Source: Sphingobacteriia bacterium
GTDB taxonomy: Bacteria > Bacteroidota > Bacteroidia > Chitinophagales > Chitinophagaceae
Assembly (NCBI GenBank): GCA_947452295.1
Contig: CANGCK010000013.1
Coordinates: forward strand, 872 to 64,871
DNA length: 64,000 bases
Reading direction: 5' to 3'
The translations under genes were made by a program, and so were the position numbers. Of this stretch, positions 55,587 through 64,000 are shown piece by piece (within the stretch, counting starts at the first letter, position 1; each line of letters starts with the position of its first letter). Below the pieces are notes generated by a model. That model ran no database searches. It saw only the letters and a program-made list of their open reading frames with translations, and was not told the DNA's origin.

Positions 55587-56496
55587 AAGAAAATTTATAC
55601 AACAATCTGCTATGGCAGCAGGAGCTGTTTTGTCGGCATCTACTGCAAATGCATTGCCAACACAATATGCAATAAGCATTTTGCATACCAATGATGTACA
55701 TAGTAGGTTAGATCCATTTCCTATGGATGGAAGCAGAAACCAGGGACTGGGAGGTGTTGCAGCACGTTCCTATTTAATTAATCAGGTACGTGATGAAGTT
55801 GAGCAAGTTTTATTATTAGATGCGGGGGATATTTTTCAAGGAACTCCCTATTTTAATTTGTATAAAGGAGAACCGGAAATAAAGGCAATGAGTAAAATGG
55901 GATACGATGCTGCTACTATGGGTAATCATGATTTTGATGCGGGGATAGATAATTTTGCTAATCAGTTACAGTATGCCAATTTTCCGATTGTGATTTGTAA
56001 TTATGATTTTTCAGGAACTAGTATGGAAACAAAATATAAACCATACACCATCATTCAAAAAGGAAAACAAAAAATAGGAATATTAGGGGTAGGTATTGAA
56101 TTAGCAGGATTAGTGCCGGAAAATTTATATGGTAAAACAGTTTACAATGATCCTATACAAGCAGCAAACGAAACTGCAAATTTGTTAAAGCAACAAAAAT
56201 GTGATTTGATTATTTGTTTGTCGCACTTAGGTGATAAATATGACGATAATAAAGTGAGTGATGAAGTATTGGCCAAAGAATGTTACGATATCGACTTAAT
56301 ACTAGGAGGGCATACGCATCGTTTTTTTGATCAACCCAGAAAGTATAAAAATAAAAAAGGAGGAGACGTTTTAGTGAACCAAGTAGGGTGGGGAGGGATA
56401 AATTTAGGCCGATTAGACTATATTTTTTCGACCGATAATCGGAAAAATCTGTCGAAAGCCCATACTGTTATCGTGAGCAAAAAAACAAGCGAATAA
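55579..56496 (+). CDS. Metallophosphoesterase (5'-nucleotidase N-terminal catalytic domain) with Tat signal
   Basis: Twin-arginine signal MNRRKFIQQSAMAAGA; metallophosphatase motifs NDVHS, GDIFQG, GNHDFD and GGHTH; 8-nt overlap with the upstream gene. Confidence 0.85.
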   Translation: MNRRKFIQQSAMAAGAVLSASTANALPTQYAISILHTNDVHSRLDPFPMDGSRNQGLGGVAARSYLINQVRDEVEQVLLLDAGDIFQGTPYFNLYKGEPEIKAMSKMGYDAATMGNHDFDAGIDNFANQLQYANFPIVICNYDFSGTSMETKYKPYTIIQKGKQKIGILGVGIELAGLVPENLYGKTVYNDPIQAANETANLLKQQKCDLIICLSHLGDKYDDNKVSDEVLAKECYDIDLILGGHTHRFFDQPRKYKNKKGGDVLVNQVGWGGINLGRLDYIFSTDNRKNLSKAHTVIVSKKTSE

Positions 56497-56650
56497 AAAA
56501 ATTTTTTTTTCAACATAAAGTATACATATTCGCATCCCGAATTTTTAAAAAGATATAAACATTTGGGGAAAAACAAATATGAAGGCTTAGAAAAAACATA
56601 CTATCAATAAAATAGAAAAACTCATTATATAATATTGTTCATTTATTTAT

Positions 56651-58084
56651 ATGGCTAAAACTGCTGAAATCGTCTGGACAAATTGCTTAAAAATCATCAA
56701 AGACATTGTTGAATGGCAACATTTTAAAACATGGTTTGAACCTATTAAGCCGGTAGAGCTAAAAGAAAATATTTTGATGATTCAAGTACCCAGTCAATTT
56801 TTTTATGAGTACTTAGAGGAACATTATGTTACCCTATTAGCAAAGACGTTAAAAAGAGAATTGAGTAAAGATGCGCGCTTAGAATACCGAATCATGGTGG
56901 ATAGTGGCAATACGAATGGTAGAAATGGCTCTATGGATATACCTGCACGTGGTTCAAAATCAATCAATAACAATGAGATGAGTTTTCCATTGGTAATAGA
57001 CAATCCGGTAAAAAATCCGTTTGTAATACCAGGGTTGAAGAAAATGCAAATAGATCCTCAATTAAACCACTCATATACATTTGAATCATTTATTGAAGGT
57101 GATTGTAATAGAGTGGCAAGAAGAGCTGGAAAAACGGTAGCAGAGAAGCCTGGAGCTAACTCTTTCAACCCTTTAGTGGTTTATGGTGGGGTGGGACTAG
57201 GAAAAACGCATTTGGCACAAGCTATAGGTAACGAAGTAAAACGTTTGCAGCCCAACAAAGTAGTATTATATGTAAGTAGTGAGAAGTTTATTAACCAGTT
57301 TCAAGACCATAGTAGAAATAATGCAATCAATGATTTTATTCATTTTTATCAATTGATAGATGTATTAATTATTGATGATGTGCAATTTTTTAATAGAGCA
57401 GAAAAAAGTCAGGATGCGTTTTTTGCCATCTTTAATCATTTACACCAAAGTGGCAAACAATTGGTGTTAACATCCGATAAAGCGCCTAAGGATTTAGATG
57501 GATTACAAGAACGATTGTTGAGTAGGTTTCGTTGGGGTTTAAGTGCCGATTTACAAGTGCCTGATTACGAAACACGTATTGAAATATTAGAGCGTAAGAT
57601 GAAGAATGATGGGTTAGATATGCCCAAAGAGGTAGTGAAGTATGTTGCTTATAATATTAATACCAATGTGCGTGAATTAGAAGGCGCATTAATATCATTA
57701 TTGGCACAATCTTCTTTAAACAAGAAGGAAATTGATGTAGAGCTGGCTAAAAAAGTGCTACGCAATTTCGTGAAAACAAGTAGTAAAGAAATTACTATCG
57801 ATGCGATTCAAAAAATGGTATGCGAATATTTTGATGTGCCATACGATAAATTATTGCATAAAACACGAAAAAGAGAAATAGTACAAGCCAGGCAAATAAC
57901 AATGTATTTAGCTAAGGCCTTTACTAAAAACTCTTTAAAAACAATTGGTGAGCATTTTGGTGGGAGAGATCATACTACGGTTATACACTCATGCCAAACA
58001 GTGAAAGATTTAATGGATACGGATTCTATTTTTCGAGAAAGTGTGATGGAACTTACCCAGAAAGTGCAGTTGGCTGCAATGTAA
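56651..58084 (+). CDS. dnaA: Chromosomal replication initiator protein DnaA
   Basis: AAA+ Walker A GGVGLGKTHL, Walker B IIDDVQF, and the domain IV motif GGRDHTTVIHSC. Confidence 0.95.
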   Translation: MAKTAEIVWTNCLKIIKDIVEWQHFKTWFEPIKPVELKENILMIQVPSQFFYEYLEEHYVTLLAKTLKRELSKDARLEYRIMVDSGNTNGRNGSMDIPARGSKSINNNEMSFPLVIDNPVKNPFVIPGLKKMQIDPQLNHSYTFESFIEGDCNRVARRAGKTVAEKPGANSFNPLVVYGGVGLGKTHLAQAIGNEVKRLQPNKVVLYVSSEKFINQFQDHSRNNAINDFIHFYQLIDVLIIDDVQFFNRAEKSQDAFFAIFNHLHQSGKQLVLTSDKAPKDLDGLQERLLSRFRWGLSADLQVPDYETRIEILERKMKNDGLDMPKEVVKYVAYNINTNVRELEGALISLLAQSSLNKKEIDVELAKKVLRNFVKTSSKEITIDAIQKMVCEYFDVPYDKLLHKTRKREIVQARQITMYLAKAFTKNSLKTIGEHFGGRDHTTVIHSCQTVKDLMDTDSIFRESVMELTQKVQLAAM

Positions 58085-58114
58085 AAGATAAAGCGATTTA
58101 TTTGAAAATATATG

Positions 58115-58150
58115 CATCCCAATTTTATATAAGTTGGGATGTTTTATTTT
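58115..58150 (+). terminator. Rho-independent terminator after dnaA
   Basis: Stem catcccaa / ttgggatg followed by ttttatttt. Confidence 0.65.
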
Positions 58151-58226
58151 AATTTTTATGCAACAATATTTGGCAGTTAACTAATGTACACTTATTTTTG
58201 CAGCCCTTTCTGAAAAGAATAAGGAC

Positions 58227-58315
58227 GGTGAGGTGGATGAGTGGCTGAAATCAGTAGTTTGCTAAACTGCCGTACGGGTTAAACTGTACCGCGGGTTCGA
58301 ATCCCGCCCTCACCG
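58227..58315 (+). tRNA. tRNA-Ser (anticodon GCU), class II with long variable arm
   Basis: Hand-folded: acceptor GGTGAGG/CCTCACC; anticodon stem GTAGT/ACTGC with loop TTGCTAA; variable arm GTACGG/CTGTAC; T arm GCGGG-TTCGAAT-CCCGC; discriminator G. Confidence 0.85.
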
Positions 58316-58378
58316 CAGTTTTGAAATATCGGTTCCAAAAGAAAAGGACTAGCCACCTTAACTTATTTGGAAAACAAT

Positions 58379-58452
58379 CGGGAAGTAGCGCAGGCCGGTA
58401 GCGCACCTGGTTTGGGACCAGGGGGTCGCAGGTTCGAATCCTGTCTTCCCGA
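58379..58452 (+). tRNA. tRNA-Pro (anticodon UGG)
   Basis: Hand-folded: acceptor CGGGAAG/CTTCCCG; D arm GCGC/GCGC; anticodon stem CCTGG/CCAGG with loop TTTGGGA; T arm GCAGG-TTCGAAT-CCTGT. Confidence 0.88.
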
Positions 58453-58458
58453 CTTAAA

Positions 58459-58487
58459 GCGCATCAAGTAATTGGTGCGCTTTTTTT
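58459..58487 (+). terminator. Rho-independent terminator after the tRNA pair
   Basis: Stem gcgcatcaa / ttggtgcgc, 4-nt loop, T7 run. Confidence 0.75.
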
Positions 58488-58701
58488 GTGGGTAAACTAT
58501 ATTAAAAAAACATAAAAATATTTTTGTATAAGACATTAAATGCGGAATATTAACCGCTAAGAAGTATTTTTACCTGGTAAGATGCTGTTGAATGCTGTAA
58601 TTCTTATCATTAATTGTAATAATTGCTGTTTTAATATTCTATTGATATTTCTTAAGAATATACTTCGTGCAACTCAAAAAAATGACAATCCTATTGAAAC
58701 T

Positions 58702-60075
58702 ATGAGCCGTAAAACTAGTTGTACGAAAATTGAGATGGATGATTTTGCTAAACAACAACTCACTATTTTAAAAAATCAATCCGCAGCCAACAAAATTAAG
58801 TTGCCCGGAAGAATTTTTCATCTGCTTTTATGGATTGGCGCTACTGTACTTGGTATTTATTTTTTTAAATCTTTTGGTTTAGCTATTGCATTATTGGCAA
58901 TGTTGAACTATTTAATTCTGTTGATTTTTAGAATCAATAATAATTTTGGTGCACGGAAACAACATATAAATGATAGCCCTTTACAAGATATTGACTGGCC
59001 TACTTTCAGTATTATTTTCCCCTTAAAAAATGAAGACGAAGTTATTCATGAAACAATTCAATCTATTCAGGCATTAGATTATCCTGTTGAACAATTACAA
59101 GTGCTTATAGTTGTTGAAGAAACTGATGCGCTTACCCAAAAAAGCTTATCTACTATAAACTTACCCAACTATTTTAGGGTTTTATTGATTCCTACTTTAA
59201 CACCATTTACAAAGGGTAGAGCATTGTTACATGCCTTAAAAGCTGTTACAGGTAAATTCCTCACTGTATTAGATGCAGAAAGTAGACCAGAGTCTTTGCA
59301 ATTAAAAAAGGCTGCAATTTGTTTAACCAATACAGCAGAACAAATTTGTTGCCAAGCTAAAATTAGCATTTCAAATAAAGGACATAATTGGATTACCAGA
59401 AATTTTGCAACAGAATACCATGAGTGGTATGAGCAACATTTATATAAATTATCTGAAAATGAATTGCCTTTTGGTTTAGGTGGCAACTCTTTTTATATAA
59501 GTAAAGAAAATATGCTAAAAGCAGGTTCATGGGATCCTTTTAACGTTACAGAAGATGTAGACTTAAGTGTACGCCTGGTCCGCAGCGGTATTAAACTTTG
59601 TATTTTTGAAAGCTATACCAACGAAAATTGTCCGGAAACAGCCGGAAATTGGTTAAATCAACGCACCAGATGGAACAAGGGTTTATTCATTACTCAATTG
59701 GTGCATTTAAGAAGAACGTTTTTAAGCAAAGGTTTTGGATTAAAAGGATGGTTTAGTTTTTGGTTGAGAATGATTTGTGGAACTATGTTGCCATTCTTTA
59801 ACATTTACATTTCTTTTTATATACTTTTTAGTTATCCGCAGTTTAGATTCCCTTTTATTTTGAGCATACTTTTATGGGCTTTATTTGTAATTAACTTGTT
59901 GATTTCTTTTGTAATCAATTGGATTAATTATAAAAAGTTAGGCGTTAAACAATCTGTTTTTGTTACGCTAATGGATGTGATACGCTATTTATTTTTGCAG
60001 ATACTTGCTGGTTACCGCGCATTTTGGGAATATTTTATAGCTCCATTAAAATGGAATAAAACAATACATCAGTAA
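58702..60075 (+). CDS. Integral-membrane family-2-like glycosyltransferase with processive-synthase motifs (D, DxD, TED, QRxRW)
   Basis: Two N-terminal and several C-terminal TM segments; FSIIFPLKNE, TKGRALLHAL, VLDAES, TEDVDLSVR and QRTRWNKG. Start set at ATG 58702; the track ORF opens at 58582. Confidence 0.8.
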   Translation: MSRKTSCTKIEMDDFAKQQLTILKNQSAANKIKLPGRIFHLLLWIGATVLGIYFFKSFGLAIALLAMLNYLILLIFRINNNFGARKQHINDSPLQDIDWPTFSIIFPLKNEDEVIHETIQSIQALDYPVEQLQVLIVVEETDALTQKSLSTINLPNYFRVLLIPTLTPFTKGRALLHALKAVTGKFLTVLDAESRPESLQLKKAAICLTNTAEQICCQAKISISNKGHNWITRNFATEYHEWYEQHLYKLSENELPFGLGGNSFYISKENMLKAGSWDPFNVTEDVDLSVRLVRSGIKLCIFESYTNENCPETAGNWLNQRTRWNKGLFITQLVHLRRTFLSKGFGLKGWFSFWLRMICGTMLPFFNIYISFYILFSYPQFRFPFILSILLWALFVINLLISFVINWINYKKLGVKQSVFVTLMDVIRYLFLQILAGYRAFWEYFIAPLKWNKTIHQ

Positions 60076-60261
60076 TCTGCAGTGTTACAATACAGGTATT
60101 TAATGTGTATATTTCTATTGTTTTTTAATGGTAACATGGTTTAGCCTGGTATTTATTTCGGTTGGTATGTATACTTTGTTTTTGGCTATTTGATGGTGTT
60201 AAATCAATAATCATTCTATATAATTGATTATGATTTTCCGAGTAGGCACAGCCAAATTTAA

Positions 60262-61758
60262 TTAAGGGTATTCATTGAAAGGGAAATTTTGTATAATTTC
60301 TCCTCCGTAAATACTCACTAAATAAGCAATAGCCCCTGTAAATCCTGCATTATAATCACATGAAACTTCATTTTCAATAAAACTAAGTCTAGAATCGGTA
60401 TAAGTATCATTGGGTTTACTGGGACCACCTACTAATGCTCCGTACAGTATATTTTTATTCTTTAGTGGTTTACGAATGTTATTGGTTAAAGAGCCATGTG
60501 CGTTTCGGTGATGGGGTAGTGTGGGCCAATTATTACCAAAGCCAACAACATAACTTCTTTTTGCGGGATTTTTTCCAAGCATATAATTAATCTGACCAAT
60601 TGCAAATTGTGTATATTTTTTGCCGAGTAATGGTTGGTTATGTTTAATGTGATTTGCATAAGTCAACGCAAGAAAGGCGGTATTGGCAGCAAAACGCAAA
60701 GAACCCCATTTGTATAAAAACGCTTGTCCACCAGGTGAATAAGTTATTTTTTGTCCTTCATAACCGGTTGTCCAATAACTAAAATACCGTTCTGCATCTC
60801 TTTTATATTTCGTTTCATTTGTGAGAGTAGCCATCAACACATAACTTGCAAATGCTTTATTATCCCAACTATCTCCGCCAATATATGCCTTGTGTTTATT
60901 GTCTGGTAAAGCAATATATGTTTTTTTTGCCTTTGCTAAATAGATTGATTGATGCGTTGCTTTATACAACCATATTGCACCCCAAACTAATTCATCCGTA
61001 TATCCACTAAAGGATTCATAATACTTTTTTGCATCTGTAATCGTTGATGTGTATTTTCCCCTGTATTTTTCTGCAAATTGATAAAGTGCTTTAGCTTCTA
61101 TTATTAATTGATTACTGTAAACCGAATCTATCTCTTTAAATACAATGCTAGCTGCGGCCATGGCTGCTGCGGTTTCTGCAGTTAAATCGGTTCCGGGATG
61201 TTTTGCATCTACAAAGTAAGAAGGTCTTTTCATGGTCATTAACTCGGCAGACCCCCAATACGGATGGTCTAAATTACCTTTCCCTACTTGCCCAAAAAAT
61301 TTTACTACTTCACCTTTTTTATTTTTAATAATACATTTTATAAAGTAATCATTTACCCATCTTAAGTTTTCTAACAATTTACTCCATTGACCAATAGATT
61401 GATAAGCATCTTTACTTTCAATACCCGACCATGCCAATTTTGTTGCTGCATTTGCCATTGGGAAACCAAATTTAATATGATCTCCCGCATCATACCAACC
61501 TCCGGTTAAGTCTACACCATGGTCTTTTCCATCTGATAGCGCAGAATTACCTCTCCAACTTACCCGGTTGTTTATAGGCAGTATTCCCGATCGTTGACAT
61601 TCATAAAAATAAAGCGATTTTTGTAATACTTCTGCGTAGTTAAAATCTTGTGCTTTACTAGTTATTGAACATGAAAGTAGACAAATACAAAATTTGAATG
61701 TTAACCGAATATGGTTCTTAAGTAAATTCAATGTTGATATCAAAAAATGTAAATACAT
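60262..61758 (-). CDS. Glycoside hydrolase family 9 endoglucanase (lipoprotein-like signal)
   Basis: GH9 signatures DLTGGWYDAGDHIKFGFPMA, PHHRNAHGS and ENEVSCDYNAGFTGA; N-terminal hydrophobic segment ending LLSCS. No CBM or T9SS CTD. Confidence 0.9.
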   Translation of the reverse strand: MYLHFLISTLNLLKNHIRLTFKFCICLLSCSITSKAQDFNYAEVLQKSLYFYECQRSGILPINNRVSWRGNSALSDGKDHGVDLTGGWYDAGDHIKFGFPMANAATKLAWSGIESKDAYQSIGQWSKLLENLRWVNDYFIKCIIKNKKGEVVKFFGQVGKGNLDHPYWGSAELMTMKRPSYFVDAKHPGTDLTAETAAAMAAASIVFKEIDSVYSNQLIIEAKALYQFAEKYRGKYTSTITDAKKYYESFSGYTDELVWGAIWLYKATHQSIYLAKAKKTYIALPDNKHKAYIGGDSWDNKAFASYVLMATLTNETKYKRDAERYFSYWTTGYEGQKITYSPGGQAFLYKWGSLRFAANTAFLALTYANHIKHNQPLLGKKYTQFAIGQINYMLGKNPAKRSYVVGFGNNWPTLPHHRNAHGSLTNNIRKPLKNKNILYGALVGGPSKPNDTYTDSRLSFIENEVSCDYNAGFTGAIAYLVSIYGGEIIQNFPFNEYP

Positions 61759-62653
61759 GAAAAGGTTGGTATAAGTACTTTTATAGTTGCTGGTAATATG
61801 AATCTCATTTAGATAAAGTTACAAGAGATTTTATTAATCTGCATCAACCAATGATTGCATTTAGTCTAATAGTTTTTTTAGGTATTGATTCTCCTTTCTG
61901 CTGTCAATCAAAAACTTAAATAATGAGTAGCCTAATTAGTGCATAATTTTTCAGGGAATGCTAGATTGCCGGGCATGATTTTTTTGAACAATCAGTGTAG
62001 AGGATAGATTAACGATAAGATGTTTAAAACTGAAATTTATCTCTTCAAAGAGTTGTTATATTTAATATTTAAGCATAATTTAATATTATAACATTGCCTG
62101 GTATATTATAATTAGTAAAAATTTTAGTGTAATATTTTCTTTCTATGTATAATAAAAAATGTTGCATAAATTTTATTATTAACTATTTATTTATATTTAA
62201 AAAGATTTGAAATAACGTAATTTTTAGATTGATTTAAAATAAGATATAACCGATATATCTACTAGAAGCAAACAACACCTACTGTTTTATATACTCAATA
62301 ATTAGTTATAGCATTGCAGAAGTAATCAAAACTGAAATTTATTAATATAAAGCGTTTTAACAGCTGAAAACTGTGTTTCGTTTTATTAAAAGACTGCTTT
62401 CTTTTGTGATAAACACTTTTGTTTCGTTATGTTAAGGATGTTAACTCAATAAAAGCAAATGCGTTTTGTTTTTTGCTGTATGATACATAACAAAAGAATA
62501 AAACGAAATATAACATAAAGAAGTTGGTTAGGTTACTGCAATTATTTGTTACTAATTATCCAATGTGATAAATAATAAATATTAGGTTGGATACCATCCC
62601 AAACTATTGTTTATCGTTTATTACGGTTGTATAGATCCAATATAAATAAACAG

Positions 62654-63370
62654 ATGAAAAACGTACAATTATATTTATCGTTATTACTTATTGGTATGCT
62701 CGCAAATCAGGCAAATTCGCAAATTATTTCTGTTGCGCCTGGTACGGAATTCAGTGTAGCTGCCGGTACTACTTTTAGTACGGAAAGAGTTGACTTTCAT
62801 ATGTTTGGGCATTATTCTATTTCCAATAACACACTGAATGTAAATTTCGAGCCCATAACAATTAAAGGGATTTCCTCAATACAACGTGTTTATAAATTTT
62901 CTAATCCGCTTGGTTTTTTATTGGGTAGTATGGTATTAAACTATCAACCACAGGAATTAAATGGATTACAAGAGTCTGATTTGAAATTGTTATACAATGA
63001 TGGTACAAGTTGGAAGGATGATAAAAACAGTGTCACCAACCTTTCAACAAAAAGTTTAAGGGGTGGCATTTTAAATAGTACACGCATTGATGCGTTTTCT
63101 GCAGGTAAATTAGAGGCTACAGGGGATTTAATTATTATAAGGGCTTACCCAAATCCAACCTCATCTGAATTTAATGTGATGGTTATGACAAAGGGTATTG
63201 AAGATGTTGAATTGTTATTAATGGATGTTTCAGGCCATCTGTTACAGAAATTAATAGTTAGGCCTTATGAAACCAACAGAATAGGTGGAGGATTATCAAG
63301 TGGTAATTATGTACTACATGCAATGCAGGGAAATAGGTTGATATCGGCAGTTAAAATAATCAAACAATAA
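62654..63370 (+). CDS. Small secreted protein with T9SS type-A C-terminal sorting domain
   Basis: Signal peptide MKNVQLYLSLLLIGMLANQANSQ; C-terminal AYPNPTSSEFNV...GNYVLHAM...KIIKQ pattern of Por_Secre_tail. The N-terminal ~150 aa were not recognised. Confidence 0.75.
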   Translation: MKNVQLYLSLLLIGMLANQANSQIISVAPGTEFSVAAGTTFSTERVDFHMFGHYSISNNTLNVNFEPITIKGISSIQRVYKFSNPLGFLLGSMVLNYQPQELNGLQESDLKLLYNDGTSWKDDKNSVTNLSTKSLRGGILNSTRIDAFSAGKLEATGDLIIIRAYPNPTSSEFNVMVMTKGIEDVELLLMDVSGHLLQKLIVRPYETNRIGGGLSSGNYVLHAMQGNRLISAVKIIKQ

Positions 63371-63427
63371 TAATAATTTTCTCATAAGCCATTATTGGTG
63401 AATGAACAACTTTTAAACAATACAACA

Positions 63428-64000
63428 ATGAGGTTTTTATTTTTAATTATTGCAATAACTACATGCATGGCCGCTTCGGCTCAGGTTGGTATTGGAGTTA
63501 ACTATGCCAATATCGATCCTTCTGCTCAATTAGATGTAAGTTCTACTAGCAAGGGATTATTAGTGCCTAGGTTAACAGCAAGCCAACGTACGGGTATAAT
63601 AAAACCGGCAAATGGGCTTTTGGTGTATCAAACAGAAGCGCCTGTTGGTTTTTATTTTTATGCTGAAGGCAAGTGGAAATTATTGGGCGACCAAGATTTG
63701 TCTTCAAAATTAAATGTTACTGATACTTCCACCATGTTAGTAGCTTATGTAAGAAGCAATCGTTTTGTAGATTCTTTGTTGTCAATAAAAACTAAGTTGA
63801 ATGGATTGTTAGCGGGTAAAGATACCGTGAGTTTAAGCAATAGAATTAATGCAATTGGTAGCTCATCTTCTTTGTTAGACAGCTTAGCTGCATTGCGTAC
63901 TTTAACTAATACGAAATTAAATATTGCAGATACTGCAGCAATGCTTAATAATCGATTTGCAAGAGACACTGCGTCTTTGTCTAATAGGATTGATGCCATT
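63428..64000 (+). CDS. Secreted repeat protein, N-terminal fragment (continues past the window)
   Basis: Hand-translated: ATG 63428, signal peptide MRFLFLIIAITTCMAASAQ, then 191 codons with no stop to the window edge. Recurring DT[AV]SLSNRI[ND]AI and KLN[VI]xDT[SA]xML motifs. It is not in the track because it is open-ended. Confidence 0.6.
   Translation, partial: MRFLFLIIAITTCMAASAQVGIGVNYANIDPSAQLDVSSTSKGLLVPRLTASQRTGIIKPANGLLVYQTEAPVGFYFYAEGKWKLLGDQDLSSKLNVTDTSTMLVAYVRSNRFVDSLLSIKTKLNGLLAGKDTVSLSNRINAIGSSSSLLDSLAALRTLTNTKLNIADTAAMLNNRFARDTASLSNRIDAI

Noticed and set aside
56497-56650. Possible oriC directly flanking dnaA (also 58085-58226).
   Set aside because: I found no TTATCCACA-like DnaA-box cluster or obvious AT-rich unwinding repeats in either flank. 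oriC cannot be placed without genome-wide GC skew.
58453-58701. Integrated mobile element or genomic island at tRNA-Pro.
   Set aside because: There is no integrase, transposase, plasmid or phage gene, and no visible repeat of the tRNA 3' end within the window. It is kept only as a low-interest positional note.
60076-60261. Small ORFs or a structured element in the 186-bp spacer between the convergent GT2 and GH9 genes.
   Set aside because: Only ORFs of 8 codons or fewer and imperfect AT-rich inverted repeats are present. No clear terminator or conserved-looking structure could be supported.
63745-63999. 84-aa minus-strand ORF listed in the track at the window end.
   Set aside because: The plus strand carries an uninterrupted 191-codon frame from ATG 63428 with a clear signal peptide and repeat motifs. 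The minus-strand ORF is its shadow.

Overview
Low-GC Bacteroidota-type chromosomal segment. The assignment rests on the T9SS translocon gene sprA, T9SS C-terminal sorting domains, TAnnTTTG -7 promoter boxes and the absence of Shine-Dalgarno signals. Gene content looks Chitinophagaceae/Sphingobacteriia-like, but I cannot assign a taxon from sequence alone. Layout: 1-16 kb holds a complete dcw division/cell-wall cluster (mraZ partial, rsmH, ftsL-like, ftsI, murE, mraY, murD, ftsW, murG, murC, ftsQ, ftsA, ftsZ). 16-42 kb is tightly packed housekeeping: two ABC modules, a FadB-like fusion, gatC, a PduO-type adenosyltransferase, fabI, recN, a Nif3/Zn-ribbon/TPR trio, an OmpA-family porin with TSP3 repeats, photolyase, mqnB-mqnD, two tandem PTPS paralogs plus folE, fabD, a GNAT, a Cys/Met PLP enzyme and fabH. 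42-50 kb holds ruvA and the 7.4-kb sprA. 50-58.5 kb holds a NatAB-like ABC pair, a COG2509 FAD protein, DUF3127, a split 5'-nucleotidase, dnaA, tRNA-Ser(GCU) and tRNA-Pro(UGG). 58.5-64 kb is the only accessory-looking part: a membrane GT2 synthase, a GH9 endoglucanase, an 870-bp AT-rich gap and two secreted proteins. I saw no CRISPR array, transposase, integrase, restriction/defence gene or prophage signal, and no clear-cut novel multi-gene system. The most defensible second-look items are: (1) a processive-type GT2 synthase convergent with a GH9 endoglucanase just after the tRNA pair; (2) two perfect intergenic palindromes that share an identical 18-nt core; (3) a DUF3127 protein ending in an SSB-like acidic ...DELPF tip near dnaA; (4) tandem eukaryote-type PTPS paralogs coupled to folE; (5) a 26-codon hydrophobic mini-gene with its own terminator inside a 550-bp divergent regulatory region that also carries a triplicated 10-mer. 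All functional calls rest on motif recognition by eye, and no database search was possible.
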